Origin: Candidatus Omnitrophota bacterium
GTDB taxonomy: Bacteria > Omnitrophota > Omnitrophia > Omnitrophales > JACROU01
Assembly: GCA_029261035.1 (NCBI GenBank)
Contig: JAJDCD010000006.1
Coordinates: 1,086-65,085 of the forward strand
Direction: 5' to 3'
DNA length: 64,000 nucleotides
In this document: one piece after another, positions 20,877 to 30,721 of the stretch
Layout of the letters: each line of letters starts with the position of its first letter
Position numbering within the stretch: position 1 is the first letter of the stretch
Program-made: the position numbers and the translations under genes
Notes under the pieces: generated by a model
The model's database searches: none
Seen by the model: only the letters and a program-made list of their open reading frames with translations
Told to the model about the DNA's origin: nothing

Positions 20877-21075
20877 GAGCGATTGACAGCATCCTAGGGC
20901 TTATGTTACGCTCTACATCTTCGATATTAGTTTTTTGTGGCTATGAGGCTTTTGTGAAGCAGGTCTAAAGACCTGTCACAGTCGGTACATAACTAAGAAT
21001 TGCCAAAGAGGATGAGTTTGATATGAATCAAACTGGAATTTTTGGGATAAAAGTTGGTGGAGAGGAGATTCCATT

Positions 21076-21360
21076 ATGGAAATGGATATTAACAAAGTGG
21101 CTTTGTTATCTCGAATTAAGTTGGATGAAGAAGAGAAGGTGAAGCTTCAGAACGATTTAAATCAAATTTTGTCTTATGTAGAACAGCTAAATGAATTGGA
21201 TATTGCTGATGTTGAGCCTACAAGCCATGTTTTGAACTTAGAAAATGTTTACCGAGAAGATAAGGTAATTCAATCCGAGGCGTATAAGGAAGTATTGAAA
21301 CATGCTCCAGATATTCATGGGAGTTATTTTAAAGTTCCTAAAGTAATTGAGGGGTCCTAA
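21076..21360 (+). CDS. gatC: Asp/Glu-tRNA amidotransferase subunit C
   Basis: 94 aa, immediately upstream of gatA and gatB. Confidence 0.88.
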   Translation: MEMDINKVALLSRIKLDEEEKVKLQNDLNQILSYVEQLNELDIADVEPTSHVLNLENVYREDKVIQSEAYKEVLKHAPDIHGSYFKVPKVIEGS

Positions 21361-21365
21361 TCGTA

Positions 21366-22805
21366 ATGGCTAAAGAACTCTATGAAATGACAGTCGTTGA
21401 GGCTGTAAACCATAATAAAGACGAAAAAAATGTTAATGAGTTACTTTCTTCTTTGAGCAAAAGAGCGGAGAAAGTAAACCCTAAGGTAAAAGCTTATCTT
21501 AATTGGAAAACAGAAGCTTCTGAGTTTGATGGTAAAACTTCTAAAGATGGGAAGTCTTTATGGGGGGTTCCTATTTCCATTAAAGATAATATTTGCACCC
21601 ATGGCTGGGAAACTTCTTGTAGCTCCAAAATTCTGAAAGGATATATCCCGCCTTATGATGCTACTGTTGTTAATAAATTAAAAAATGAAGGGGCCTTCAT
21701 TTTTGCTAAATGTAATATGGATGAATTTGCTTTTGGTTCATCTTGTGAATCTTCTGCAGATTTTCCAACATTGAACCCTTGGGATTTAGAGCGTGTTCCT
21801 GGAGGATCTAGTGGGGGTTCGGCTTCTTCTGTTGCTTCGGATGAAGCTATAGTTGCTTTAGGTTCTGATACCGGTGGATCTATTCGTCAACCAGCTTCTT
21901 TTTGTGGGGTAGTTGGTTTAAAACCTACCTATGGACGTGTTTCTCGTTATGGTTTGATAGCATTTGGATCGAGCTTGGATCAAATTGGGCCATTGACTAA
22001 AAATGTGGAAGACAACGCAAGAATCATGAACGTAATTGCAGGATATGATCCTAAGGATTCCACTTCAGCTAATGTGGAAGTTCCAGACTATACTCAAACA
22101 TTAACAAAAAATGTGGAAGGTCTGCGAATTGGGATTCCTAAAGAATATTTTATTGATGGTTTAGATCCAGAGGTGGAAGCTGCTGTCAGGGAAGCTACAG
22201 CAATGTACGAAAAGTTAGGTGCTAAGGTTAAGGAAATTAGTTTACCTCATACGAAGTATGCTGTGAGTGTTTATTATATAGTAGCAACAGCTGAAGCAAG
22301 CTCTAATCTTGCTCGTTTCGATGGTGTTCAATATGGATATAGACACCCTTCTAAGGATTTAGTAGAAATGTATATGAATACACGTAGCCAAGGGTTTGGG
22401 GAAGAAGTGAAGCGGCGTGTTCTTCTAGGAACGTTCGTTTTATCTGCAGGCTACTATGATGCTTATTATCTAAAAGCACAAAAGGTGAGGACGCTTATAA
22501 AGAAGGATTTTGATGAGGCTTTTAAGGAGGTGGATGTTATTATTTCTCCAACGGCTCCCACCACAGCATTTAAGCTTAATGAAAAGAAAGAGGATCCTCT
22601 TTCTATGTATCTTTCTGATATTTATACAATACCCAGTAATCTTGCAGGCGTTCCTTCGATATCAATTCCTTGTGGGTATGACAGTAAAGGGCTTCCAATA
22701 GGATTGCAGCTTATAGGAAATTATTTTGATGAAGCTACGTTGTTTCGTGCAGGGTACAACTATGAACAAACGATGCATTGGAATGATAAAAAACCTTCGA
22801 TTTAA
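21366..22805 (+). CDS. gatA: Asp/Glu-tRNA amidotransferase subunit A (amidase)
   Basis: Amidase signature GGSSGGSASSVA...GSDTGGSIRQPA. 479 aa. Confidence 0.95.
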   Translation: MAKELYEMTVVEAVNHNKDEKNVNELLSSLSKRAEKVNPKVKAYLNWKTEASEFDGKTSKDGKSLWGVPISIKDNICTHGWETSCSSKILKGYIPPYDATVVNKLKNEGAFIFAKCNMDEFAFGSSCESSADFPTLNPWDLERVPGGSSGGSASSVASDEAIVALGSDTGGSIRQPASFCGVVGLKPTYGRVSRYGLIAFGSSLDQIGPLTKNVEDNARIMNVIAGYDPKDSTSANVEVPDYTQTLTKNVEGLRIGIPKEYFIDGLDPEVEAAVREATAMYEKLGAKVKEISLPHTKYAVSVYYIVATAEASSNLARFDGVQYGYRHPSKDLVEMYMNTRSQGFGEEVKRRVLLGTFVLSAGYYDAYYLKAQKVRTLIKKDFDEAFKEVDVIISPTAPTTAFKLNEKKEDPLSMYLSDIYTIPSNLAGVPSISIPCGYDSKGLPIGLQLIGNYFDEATLFRAGYNYEQTMHWNDKKPSI

Positions 22806-22830
22806 TATTTTATTTTAAGGGGATGACGGA

Positions 22831-24276
22831 ATGGCATCAGATAAATATGAAACAGTTATTGGATTAGAAGTACATGTACAACTTCAGACAGAGAGTAAAT
22901 TGTTTTGTTCGAGCTCAACTCAGTTTGGAGCAGAACCCAACACTCAAACAACAGAGGTTTCTTTTGGGCTACCAGGTTCTCTTCCTGTTTTGAATGAAAA
23001 AGCATTGGAATATGGAATTCAGATTGCTTTGGGTATTAATTGCAAAATTGCTGAGCGCCTCAAGTTTGATAGAAAACATTATTTTTATCCAGACCTCCCA
23101 AAAGCGTATCAAATCTCTCAATTTGATATGCCGTTGTCTTACGAAGGTTATTTAGATGTAACAACAAAAGATAATGATTCTATTCGGGTTCGTATTAACA
23201 GAGCTCATCTAGAGGAGGATGCTGGGAAATTGGATCACGAATCTCATTCTGATGGAAGTTTGGTAGACTATAATCGAGCAGGGATTCCTCTTTTAGAAAT
23301 TGTGACAGAACCTGACCTAAAAACACCAGAGCAAGCTTATGCTTATTTAACCTTATTGAAATCAACAATAAAGTATATTGGTGTCAGTGACTGTAGTATG
23401 GAACAAGGTTCTTTGCGTTGTGATGCAAACATATCTATCCGTCCAAAGGGTCAAAAAGAATTGGGAACAAAAACAGAGATTAAGAATCTGAACTCCTTTA
23501 AAGCAGTTGCCAGATCTCTACAGTACGAAATTGATAGACAGACTCAGGTTGTTGAGTCGGGGGATCGTGTTGTTCAGGAAACACGCTTGTGGAATGATGC
23601 AAAACAAAAAACAGTTACGATGAGATCTAAGGAAGAGGCACATGACTATCGTTTTTTTCCAGAACCTGATTTAGTTCCTTTTACCATTTCTAGAGAAAAA
23701 GTAGAAGAGCTTAAAAAACTATTACCTGAGCTTCCACAAGCAAGAGAACATCGTTTTGTTAAAGAGTTTCAGCTTTCAGAATATGATGCACAAGTTTTAG
23801 TTTCTGATAAAAAAACGGCAGACTATTATGAAGTTTGTGTTAATTCAGGAGCGGATCCTAAAAAAGCATCTAACTGGCTTACAACGGAACTGTTAGGTAT
23901 TTTAAATGCCAGAAAAGAAAGTTTGGAGAACTGCAAGGTTACCCCTGAGTCTTTATCCTTGTTGCTACAAATGATGGATAAACAAGTTATTAACGGTAAA
24001 ATTGCTAAAGAAATTTTGCCAGAGATGGTTGAAACGGGAAACTCACCAGAAGATATTGTGAAAGATAGAGGTATGGAACAGGTTTCGGATACGGGATTGC
24101 TTGAAGAGTTAGCTAAGAATATTATTAATGCAAACCCCAAATCTGTTGAAGATTTTAAATTAGGAAAGAAAAATGCAATTAGTTTCTTGGTAGGACAGAT
24201 GATGAAAGAAACCAAGGGGAAAGCAAATCCTGCTATCGTAAACCAATTGCTGCAAAAAACTCTCTCAGAAATGTAA
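22831..24276 (+). CDS. gatB: Asp/Glu-tRNA amidotransferase subunit B
   Basis: 481 aa, GatB/YqeY C-terminal region. Confidence 0.95.
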   Translation: MASDKYETVIGLEVHVQLQTESKLFCSSSTQFGAEPNTQTTEVSFGLPGSLPVLNEKALEYGIQIALGINCKIAERLKFDRKHYFYPDLPKAYQISQFDMPLSYEGYLDVTTKDNDSIRVRINRAHLEEDAGKLDHESHSDGSLVDYNRAGIPLLEIVTEPDLKTPEQAYAYLTLLKSTIKYIGVSDCSMEQGSLRCDANISIRPKGQKELGTKTEIKNLNSFKAVARSLQYEIDRQTQVVESGDRVVQETRLWNDAKQKTVTMRSKEEAHDYRFFPEPDLVPFTISREKVEELKKLLPELPQAREHRFVKEFQLSEYDAQVLVSDKKTADYYEVCVNSGADPKKASNWLTTELLGILNARKESLENCKVTPESLSLLLQMMDKQVINGKIAKEILPEMVETGNSPEDIVKDRGMEQVSDTGLLEELAKNIINANPKSVEDFKLGKKNAISFLVGQMMKETKGKANPAIVNQLLQKTLSEM

Positions 24277-24364
24277 AAATAGTTTTTGGCTCTTAGCTTT
24301 TTGCTTTTGGCAAAATATGCTTTTGAACCAAGACCTAAAAGCTACTGGCCAAAATTTTAATTTT

Positions 24365-25501
24365 ATGAAAAAACAGATCCTATTTTTTGCTCTTTTTATT
24401 TTAATCCTTCCTTTAGGCTATTTATATTCAACAACTCTTAACCAGGCTGAACATATAAAATTTGATGAAGTTGTAAGTTTAATCAACCAGCATTATCCAA
24501 GCCAAATTAGTGTTAGAGGCAATTTAAAAAAGAATGTTTCGGAATTGCTTAAATCTTTAGACTCCTATTCTGAATATTTGTCTGCTAGAGAATTTTATGA
24601 GATTAAGAGTGAAGTTTTAGGAAAGTATGAAGGTGTTGGAGTTGTTTTAGAAATAGAAAATTACTTTCCTTTTGTAAAACGAGTTATTCCCAATTCTCCG
24701 GCTCAGAAGGCAGATATAAAAGCGGGGGATGTTATTGAATTTGTCGATGAGGTATCTACGCACCAACGCCCTTTAAGAGAAGTGTTAAAACTGATTCGAG
24801 GCTCTATTCACACAGAAGTACTATTAAAAATCTCTCGAGATGGGTCTGAAGCCATTTCTGTTTTAATCCAAAGAGATAAGGTTAAGGTGACATCCATTCA
24901 TGGTGCGAGACTCTTAAATTCGGAAGTGGGCTATTTGGCTATTTCTGAATTTACAAGTATGACGCCCAGTGATTTAGTGTCTCAGATTGGAAGTTTCCTG
25001 AATAAAGGAGTAAAATATTTCATTATCGATTTAAGGCACAACTCAGGAGGGGAATTAGATTCTGTTGTTCGTGTTTGCGATTTGTTTTTACCTGAAAATA
25101 AGATTCTTGTTCAGATTGAAGGCTCTGATTTTCAAGTTACCGAAAAAATATTTTCAACAAAATTGAAAATTGAAGAAGAGTTCAATTTTGTGCTTTTGGT
25201 AGACTCGAAAACAGCGAGCTCTGCAGAGCTTATGGCTGCATGCTTGCAGGATCATGAGAGAGCATGGATTATTGGAGAAAAGACATTTGGTAAGGGGTCG
25301 GTTCAGACGGTGTTTCCTTTATCTGATGGATCCGCAGTTAAATTGACTACCGCGTATTATTTAACGCCTCTAGGCAAAAGCATCGAAGGGATTGGTGTTA
25401 CCCCTAACTTAGCGTTGAATTTGTCTAAGGAAATAGAAATTGCTGAGACTATAAAAGACGACGTGTTTATTAAAGCTGCATTGGAGTATTTAAATGCCTA
25501 G
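24365..25501 (+). CDS. S41 family C-terminal processing (tail-specific) peptidase with PDZ domain
   Basis: S41 catalytic region SKTASSAELMAACLQDH...GEKTFGKGSVQ. Signal peptide follows the ATG at 24365; an in-frame ATG at 24317 is an alternative start. Confidence 0.85.
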   Translation: MKKQILFFALFILILPLGYLYSTTLNQAEHIKFDEVVSLINQHYPSQISVRGNLKKNVSELLKSLDSYSEYLSAREFYEIKSEVLGKYEGVGVVLEIENYFPFVKRVIPNSPAQKADIKAGDVIEFVDEVSTHQRPLREVLKLIRGSIHTEVLLKISRDGSEAISVLIQRDKVKVTSIHGARLLNSEVGYLAISEFTSMTPSDLVSQIGSFLNKGVKYFIIDLRHNSGGELDSVVRVCDLFLPENKILVQIEGSDFQVTEKIFSTKLKIEEEFNFVLLVDSKTASSAELMAACLQDHERAWIIGEKTFGKGSVQTVFPLSDGSAVKLTTAYYLTPLGKSIEGIGVTPNLALNLSKEIEIAETIKDDVFIKAALEYLNA

Positions 25502-26717
25502 AAAGAAAAAAGTAGTTCGTAAAAGCGGGAAGAAAAAAGCCTCTAAAAGGGGGAGAAAGAAAGCGAAGAAAAGCTTATCTCCATCTTTAGTTGCTATGTT
25601 TATGGGGATTGTTATTGGAGCAGGACTTTTGTGGTTGGCTCTTAATTGGAATACAATAACTCCCAATGTAATTTCTACCATTTCTTCATCTGTATCGAGC
25701 TTTCAGAAAAACTTTACGGAGTTTACGAAGACAAAAACTTCTCTTTCTGGTTTAAGTTCTTTTAAACTACCAGAAGCTAAAAAGAAAGTGGTTCCAACAA
25801 AAAAACCCATAGTTCAAAAGAAGAAAATACCGGTTGTGGCTAAGAAAAAAGTTAGTTCTAGGAGTGTGAAGAAGTCTGCGGCTCCAACAAAAAAGAAAGT
25901 GGCTGTAAAAACGAAGGCAATTGAGAGAGCGACTCCTCCTAAAAAAACGACAGTAACAATGCGGTCTCAACCAAAAGTTGAGAGGAAAGTTACGACCCAA
26001 ACTGTTTACTTAGCTAAGCCAGAACCTGTTCCTGCAAAAGCACTTAATCGATTTTCTCCAAAAATTGTATTTGTAATAGATGATGTTGGATATCATTTGC
26101 GATATGAGCAATTACTCTATTCTGCAGGAGCCCCATTAACGATAGCTATTTTGCCTCAACTAGACTATTCGGAGCATTTCTCAAGAGAAGCACGAAGAAG
26201 AGGGTATGAAGTTATTCTACATCAACCCATGGAACCCTTAGGGAAGAATGTAGACCCAGGCCCAGGAGTGATTAAAGGGGGGATGAGGAGAAGTGAAGTG
26301 GAACGAGTTTTGGATAAAAATCTAAGAACAGTGCCTGGGGCTAGTGGTATCAATAATCATATGGGTTCCAAAGCAACTCAAGACGGACAAATTATGAATT
26401 GGGTGATTTCGGAATTAAAAGATCGAAATATGTTTTTTTTAGACAGCATGACATCGAATAACTCAATGGGTTGGAGGACTGCAAGAAGCAAGGGGCTCCC
26501 TTATTTAAAAAGGTCGGTTTTTATCGATAATGAAGATGATGCCGTTTATATTGCAAACCAAATTGGGAAATTGATTGATAAAGCAAAGAAAGAAGGATAT
26601 GCAATTGGTATTGGCCATTACAAAAGAAAAACATTAGAAACGATTCGTAGAATGGCTCCGCAAATTAACAGAAAAGGAGTTCAAATAGTTCGTTTAAGAG
26701 AGGTTGTGAAAAGATGA
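25494..26717 (+). CDS. divergent polysaccharide deacetylase (YibQ-like) with a polybasic, PTKK-repeat N-terminal region
   Basis: C-terminal block IVFVIDDVGY...AILPQ...HQPMEP matches the YibQ family. One predicted N-terminal TM helix. Confidence 0.75.
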   Translation: MPRKKKVVRKSGKKKASKRGRKKAKKSLSPSLVAMFMGIVIGAGLLWLALNWNTITPNVISTISSSVSSFQKNFTEFTKTKTSLSGLSSFKLPEAKKKVVPTKKPIVQKKKIPVVAKKKVSSRSVKKSAAPTKKKVAVKTKAIERATPPKKTTVTMRSQPKVERKVTTQTVYLAKPEPVPAKALNRFSPKIVFVIDDVGYHLRYEQLLYSAGAPLTIAILPQLDYSEHFSREARRRGYEVILHQPMEPLGKNVDPGPGVIKGGMRRSEVERVLDKNLRTVPGASGINNHMGSKATQDGQIMNWVISELKDRNMFFLDSMTSNNSMGWRTARSKGLPYLKRSVFIDNEDDAVYIANQIGKLIDKAKKEGYAIGIGHYKRKTLETIRRMAPQINRKGVQIVRLREVVKR

Positions 26718-27706
26718 TAACTCTTGGAATTGAGACTTCATGTGATGAAACTTCATGTGCTATTTTAGAAGGTGAACAGAATTTATTATCCAATATAATT
26801 AGTTCGAGCTTAAATCGACATAAGCCTTATGGTGGAATTGTTCCAGAAATTGCTTCCAGACATTCTCTGGAAAATATACAAATTGTTTTTGATGAGGCAT
26901 TGAAAAAGGCAAAAAAGAAAATAAGTGATATAGATTTGATTAGTGTTACGTATGGACCTGGTTTGATAGGCTCCCTTTTGGTAGGGGTGTCTTTTGCTAA
27001 AGCTTTGTCTTTTTCTAATAAAATTCCTCTTGTAGGCGTAAATCATTTAATTGCCCATATGGAAGCGAATCTAATTGAACATTCTAGGCCTAAGGGAGAT
27101 TATCTTGGTGTTGTTGTTTCGGGGGGGCACTCTATGTTGCTTCATTGTAAGAAAGGACAATATCAAAAAATAGGTACGACTATTGATGATGCTATCGGTG
27201 AGGCCTATGACAAGGTTGCTAAATTGATGGGGCTTGGGTATCCAGGTGGGCCAATTATGGATCGCTTAGCTAGAGAAGGAGATCCTCATTGTTATCGTTT
27301 TACTAAACCTAAATTAAAATCCTCTTTAGATTTTAGTTTTAGTGGTATTAAAACGGCAATGCTTTATTTAATTCGAGATTTAAACGGGAAGTTAGAAAGT
27401 GAGAAGAATCATTTAGCAGCAAGCTTTCAACATAATGTTACAGAATGGATTGTTCTTGCGGTTGAAGAGGCTATTAAAAAAACAAATTCTAAACATGTTC
27501 TAGTTGGAGGGGGAGTGAGCGCAAACTCGCTTTTGAGAACAAAATTACAAGATTTAGGTAAGAAGCTCTCTGTAGATATTTGGATTCCACCTTTAGCTTT
27601 AACTTTGGATAATGCAGGGATGATAGCTCGCGTGGGTTATGATTTATATAAGAATAAACAAAGTGTAGGAATGGATTTAACTGCTAAGCCTAATTTGTCG
27701 ATATAA
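26714..27706 (+). CDS. tsaD: tRNA N6-adenosine threonylcarbamoyltransferase
   Basis: Kae1/Gcp family sequences GIETSCDETS and HMEAN. Confidence 0.92.
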   Translation: MITLGIETSCDETSCAILEGEQNLLSNIISSSLNRHKPYGGIVPEIASRHSLENIQIVFDEALKKAKKKISDIDLISVTYGPGLIGSLLVGVSFAKALSFSNKIPLVGVNHLIAHMEANLIEHSRPKGDYLGVVVSGGHSMLLHCKKGQYQKIGTTIDDAIGEAYDKVAKLMGLGYPGGPIMDRLAREGDPHCYRFTKPKLKSSLDFSFSGIKTAMLYLIRDLNGKLESEKNHLAASFQHNVTEWIVLAVEEAIKKTNSKHVLVGGGVSANSLLRTKLQDLGKKLSVDIWIPPLALTLDNAGMIARVGYDLYKNKQSVGMDLTAKPNLSI

Positions 27707-27729
27707 GTTGATACACATGGAGGGTTGTT

Positions 27730-28185
27730 ATGGATTTTGATTGGAGTGTTATTCTTCCTTTGGGGAGTGCTCTTATTTTAGGTGGGTTTGTTGGTTTTGA
27801 AAGGGAGTTGGTGGGTAAAGCCGCTGGATTTAGAACCCATTCTATTGTAAGCGTTGGAGCGGCATTGATTATGATGATTTCAATTATGATGTTCGAGAGC
27901 TTTAAGGGGCAGGGTGCTGTAAGCGATCCTTCTCGTATTGCAGCGCAGGTTGTGAGTGGTATTGGATTTTTGGGTGCTGGAGCCATCATTCGTTCGGGTG
28001 TGTCTGTGGTAGGGATTACTACAGCAGCTACATTATGGGTTTGTGCGGGCATAGGATTGGCTTGTGGGGCAGGTTATTATAATATAGCAATAATTACGAC
28101 GCTTTTAGTGATTTTGGTGTTAATTGTTTTCCGCTATTTGGATCAATATATCTCCTCTAAAAAGTCTTCTGAAAATGGCATATAA
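27730..28185 (+). CDS. MgtC/SapB family membrane protein
   Basis: 151 aa, 4 predicted TM segments, N-terminus LGGFVGFERE typical of MgtC. Confidence 0.8.
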   Translation: MDFDWSVILPLGSALILGGFVGFERELVGKAAGFRTHSIVSVGAALIMMISIMMFESFKGQGAVSDPSRIAAQVVSGIGFLGAGAIIRSGVSVVGITTAATLWVCAGIGLACGAGYYNIAIITTLLVILVLIVFRYLDQYISSKKSSENGI

Positions 28186-28226
28186 TGTGGTGAGAAAGGC
28201 CCGATAAGGGTATCTGAAACCATTCA

Positions 28227-28255
28227 TTGACAGCACCCCGTTTCCTTAATAGAAT
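28227..28255 (+). promoter_or_regulatory. sigma-70-type promoter: TTGACA, 17-nt spacer, TAGAAT
   Basis: Perfect -35 hexamer with a 17-nt spacer and a near-consensus -10, ~40 nt upstream of hisG. Confidence 0.6.
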
Positions 28256-28294
28256 ATACGGCTTTTATTAGTAAATAGAAAGGATTCTTGTGAT

Positions 28295-29167
28295 ATGCCT
28301 ACGTTGAAGTTAGGGCTTCCCAAGGGTAGCCTAGAAAAGTCTACCTACGAATTATTTAATAAAGCTGGTTTTAATATCAGTTCTGCGTCTCGATCTTATT
28401 TTCCTTCTGTAGACGATGATGAGCTAGAAGTAGTTCTTTTTCGTCCTCAAGAAATGGCTCGCTATGTTGAGGATGGAGTTATTGATTGTGGTTTAACCGG
28501 TAAAGATTGGATTGAAGAGAACGGATCTAAAATTGTTGAAGTTGCAGAGTTAGCTTACTCGAAACAAACGCGAAACCCTATACGATGGGTGCTGGCTGTT
28601 CATAATGATTCGCCTATTAAAAGCGTTAAGGGGTTACAGGGAAAAACTATTGCAACAGAACTGATGAATGTAACAAAGAATTATTTAAAAAAACATAAGA
28701 TAAAAGCTCAGGTTGAATTTTCTTGGGGGGCGACAGAAGTAAAACCTCCAAAACTTGCAGATGCCATTGTTGAGGCTACTGAGACAGGGTCTAGTTTGCG
28801 TGCAAACAATTTAAGAATTGTAGATACTGTTTTAACATCGACAACTCGTTTTATTGCTAGTAAAGAATCTCTTAAGAATAGTTGGAAAAAAAAGAAAATT
28901 GAAAACATAGCACTTCTTTTATCTTCAGCAATTTTAGCTAGAGAAAAAGTAGGTCTTAAGATGAATGTTTCGTCAAAAGATTTAAAGAAAGTTATTAAGA
29001 TTTTACCTGCGCTAAAGAAACCAACAGTCATGCCTCTTTCAGATGGGAAGTGGTTTGATGTTGATACAATTATAGATGAGAAGGTTGTAAGAGTTTTAAT
29101 TCCTGAGTTGAAAAAAGCAGGAGCTTCAGGGATTATTGAATATCCGTTGAATAAAGTAATTTATTAA
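28295..29167 (+). CDS. hisG: ATP phosphoribosyltransferase, long form
   Basis: HisG signature [21 protein letters not shown]. 290 aa including the C-terminal regulatory domain. Confidence 0.9.
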   Translation: MPTLKLGLPKGSLEKSTYELFNKAGFNISSASRSYFPSVDDDELEVVLFRPQEMARYVEDGVIDCGLTGKDWIEENGSKIVEVAELAYSKQTRNPIRWVLAVHNDSPIKSVKGLQGKTIATELMNVTKNYLKKHKIKAQVEFSWGATEVKPPKLADAIVEATETGSSLRANNLRIVDTVLTSTTRFIASKESLKNSWKKKKIENIALLLSSAILAREKVGLKMNVSSKDLKKVIKILPALKKPTVMPLSDGKWFDVDTIIDEKVVRVLIPELKKAGASGIIEYPLNKVIY

Positions 29168-29173
29168 TTTATT

Positions 29174-29197
29174 CTCAAATTCTATTTAGAATTTGAG
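29174..29197 (+). terminator. perfect 10-bp AT-rich hairpin followed by TTT, just after the hisG stop
   Basis: ctcaaattct-attt-agaatttgag then TTTGG. Weak (low GC) as an intrinsic terminator. Confidence 0.35.
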
Positions 29198-29218
29198 TTT
29201 GGAAAGGAAAATGAAGAT

Positions 29219-29317
29219 ATGCCTTGTGGTAAGAAGCGTAAGAAAAAGAAAATGAATAAGCACAAAAGAAAAAAGAAGCTTAGAAAAAACCGCCATAAAA
29301 AGAAAACCTGGTCTTAA
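29219..29317 (+). CDS. tiny polybasic protein resembling ribosomal protein bS22 (32 aa)
   Basis: MPCGKKRKKKKMNKHKRKKKLRKNRHKKKTWS. A GGAAAGGAAA SD lies ~8 nt upstream. The K/R pattern matches the small actinobacterial bS22 family. Absent from the ORF track because it is under 60 aa. Confidence 0.5.
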   Translation: MPCGKKRKKKKMNKHKRKKKLRKNRHKKKTWS

Positions 29318-29379
29318 GAGTTTCTGACAGAATCAGATAGGAGTGCTTCTGACTTCTGTCACGCTTGTGGGTAACCGCC

Positions 29380-30306
29380 ATGAATAAAATAATCATTCCA
29401 GCCCCAGCCAAGACTAATTTAACCCTTCATATTCAGAAAAAACGTTCTGATGGATTTCATGGTTTAATATCCTTATTCCAAAGAATTTCGTTGTGTGACG
29501 ACATCTCTCTTTCAAAAAATGATTCTAAAAAACTCAATTTTAAAGTTTCAAACAAAAAACTTTCCCAAATCAAAGAAAATTTAATAGAAAAAGCATATCG
29601 ATTGCTTTCGCAAGAAGTGGGCTTTTCTCCTGGACTTACTGTATTTTTGAAGAAGCGAATTCCTATGGGAGCTGGTTTGGGGGGTGGAAGTAGCGACGTA
29701 GCCTCATTTTTAATGGGAGTAAATCAGCTTTACTCTTTAAATCTTACTCGATCTCGTCTCTGTCGTCTGGGAGCTCGAATTGGTTCTGACGTTCCTTTTT
29801 TTCTTTATGATACCCCTTTGGCTCTGGTCGAGGGTCGCGGAGAAAGGGTTCGTCCTTTGGGTGTGAAATTGGACTTAGTTTATTTGATCGTTAGTTTTCG
29901 TAAGTCTTTTTCAACAAAAGAGATGTATCATCTTTTTGACCTTAAATTACAGCAACCCCTTTCCTTGACAAAGGTTAGAGCCGATGCTAAAATCTGTCTC
30001 TCTTTGTTATATCGCAGAGAGTTATGCAAGGCGACTCCATATTTGATTAACGATTTTAACTCCATTGCAGAGGACAAATTTGCTCGCATAAGTCAGTTGT
30101 ATTGCCGTTGGAGAGGAAAGAAAATTCCTCACTTCTTGTCCGGAAGCGGGTCGTCAGTTGTTGCTGCATTTGAATCTAACAGGGCCGCTGCAAGTGAACA
30201 AAGGCTACTAAGAGAAGTTGGGTATCGTGATACGACTATTTGCGAACCTTATTCTTTTAGCCTTAACACTTACCTGAAAGAGGAGTTGAGTCGTGAAGAT
30301 AACTGA
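29380..30306 (+). CDS. ispE: 4-diphosphocytidyl-2-C-methyl-D-erythritol kinase
   Basis: GHMP-kinase motif MGAGLGGGSSD. Starts MNKIIIPAPAKTNL. An upstream TTG at 29365 is an alternative start. Confidence 0.88.
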   Translation: MNKIIIPAPAKTNLTLHIQKKRSDGFHGLISLFQRISLCDDISLSKNDSKKLNFKVSNKKLSQIKENLIEKAYRLLSQEVGFSPGLTVFLKKRIPMGAGLGGGSSDVASFLMGVNQLYSLNLTRSRLCRLGARIGSDVPFFLYDTPLALVEGRGERVRPLGVKLDLVYLIVSFRKSFSTKEMYHLFDLKLQQPLSLTKVRADAKICLSLLYRRELCKATPYLINDFNSIAEDKFARISQLYCRWRGKKIPHFLSGSGSSVVAAFESNRAAASEQRLLREVGYRDTTICEPYSFSLNTYLKEELSREDN

Positions 30307-30688
30307 AGTTCGGGTTTACAAAAAACAAGATACAAAGAATAAATTACGTGCCTTTTGTACCATAACTATCGATGATAGTTTTGTTGTTAGGGACATCAAA
30401 GTAATTGAGGGAAGCAAAGGTCTTTTTGTTGCGATGCCTTCTAGAAAACAGAAAGAACCGTGCCCTGCTTGTAATCATTTAGTTGATCTGGGAAGCAAGT
30501 TTTGTAGTCATTGTGGTGCTAACATAGAGGGTGTTGCTTCTTCGGAAGCTGTCCACGGGACAGATAAACAAAATCAGCATAAAGATATTGCTCATCCTAT
30601 TACTTTAGAATGTCGCGAATATATACAAAAAACAGTCTTAGAAGCTTATGAAAAAGATGCCTCTTCATCCGCATCAAATGCAGTTTAA
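30293..30688 (+). CDS. spoVG: SpoVG family protein (GTG start) with an inserted CPxC...CxxC zinc-ribbon segment
   Basis: N-terminal MKITEVRV...FVVRDIKVIEGSKGLFVAMPSRK and DIAHPI match SpoVG. A ~38-aa insertion between them carries CPAC and CSHC. SD AAAGAGGAG lies upstream. Confidence 0.85.
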   Translation: MKITEVRVYKKQDTKNKLRAFCTITIDDSFVVRDIKVIEGSKGLFVAMPSRKQKEPCPACNHLVDLGSKFCSHCGANIEGVASSEAVHGTDKQNQHKDIAHPITLECREYIQKTVLEAYEKDASSSASNAV

Positions 30689-30721
30689 TTAGCTTTTAGT
30701 TAACTTTTTGTTTTTGTATTA

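Noticed and set aside
20882-20894. Shared motif ATTGACAGCA(Y)CC at 20882 and 28225
   Set aside because: Only two copies were found. The second is a good -35 plus spacer, but the first lacks a matching -10, so this is most likely a chance similarity.
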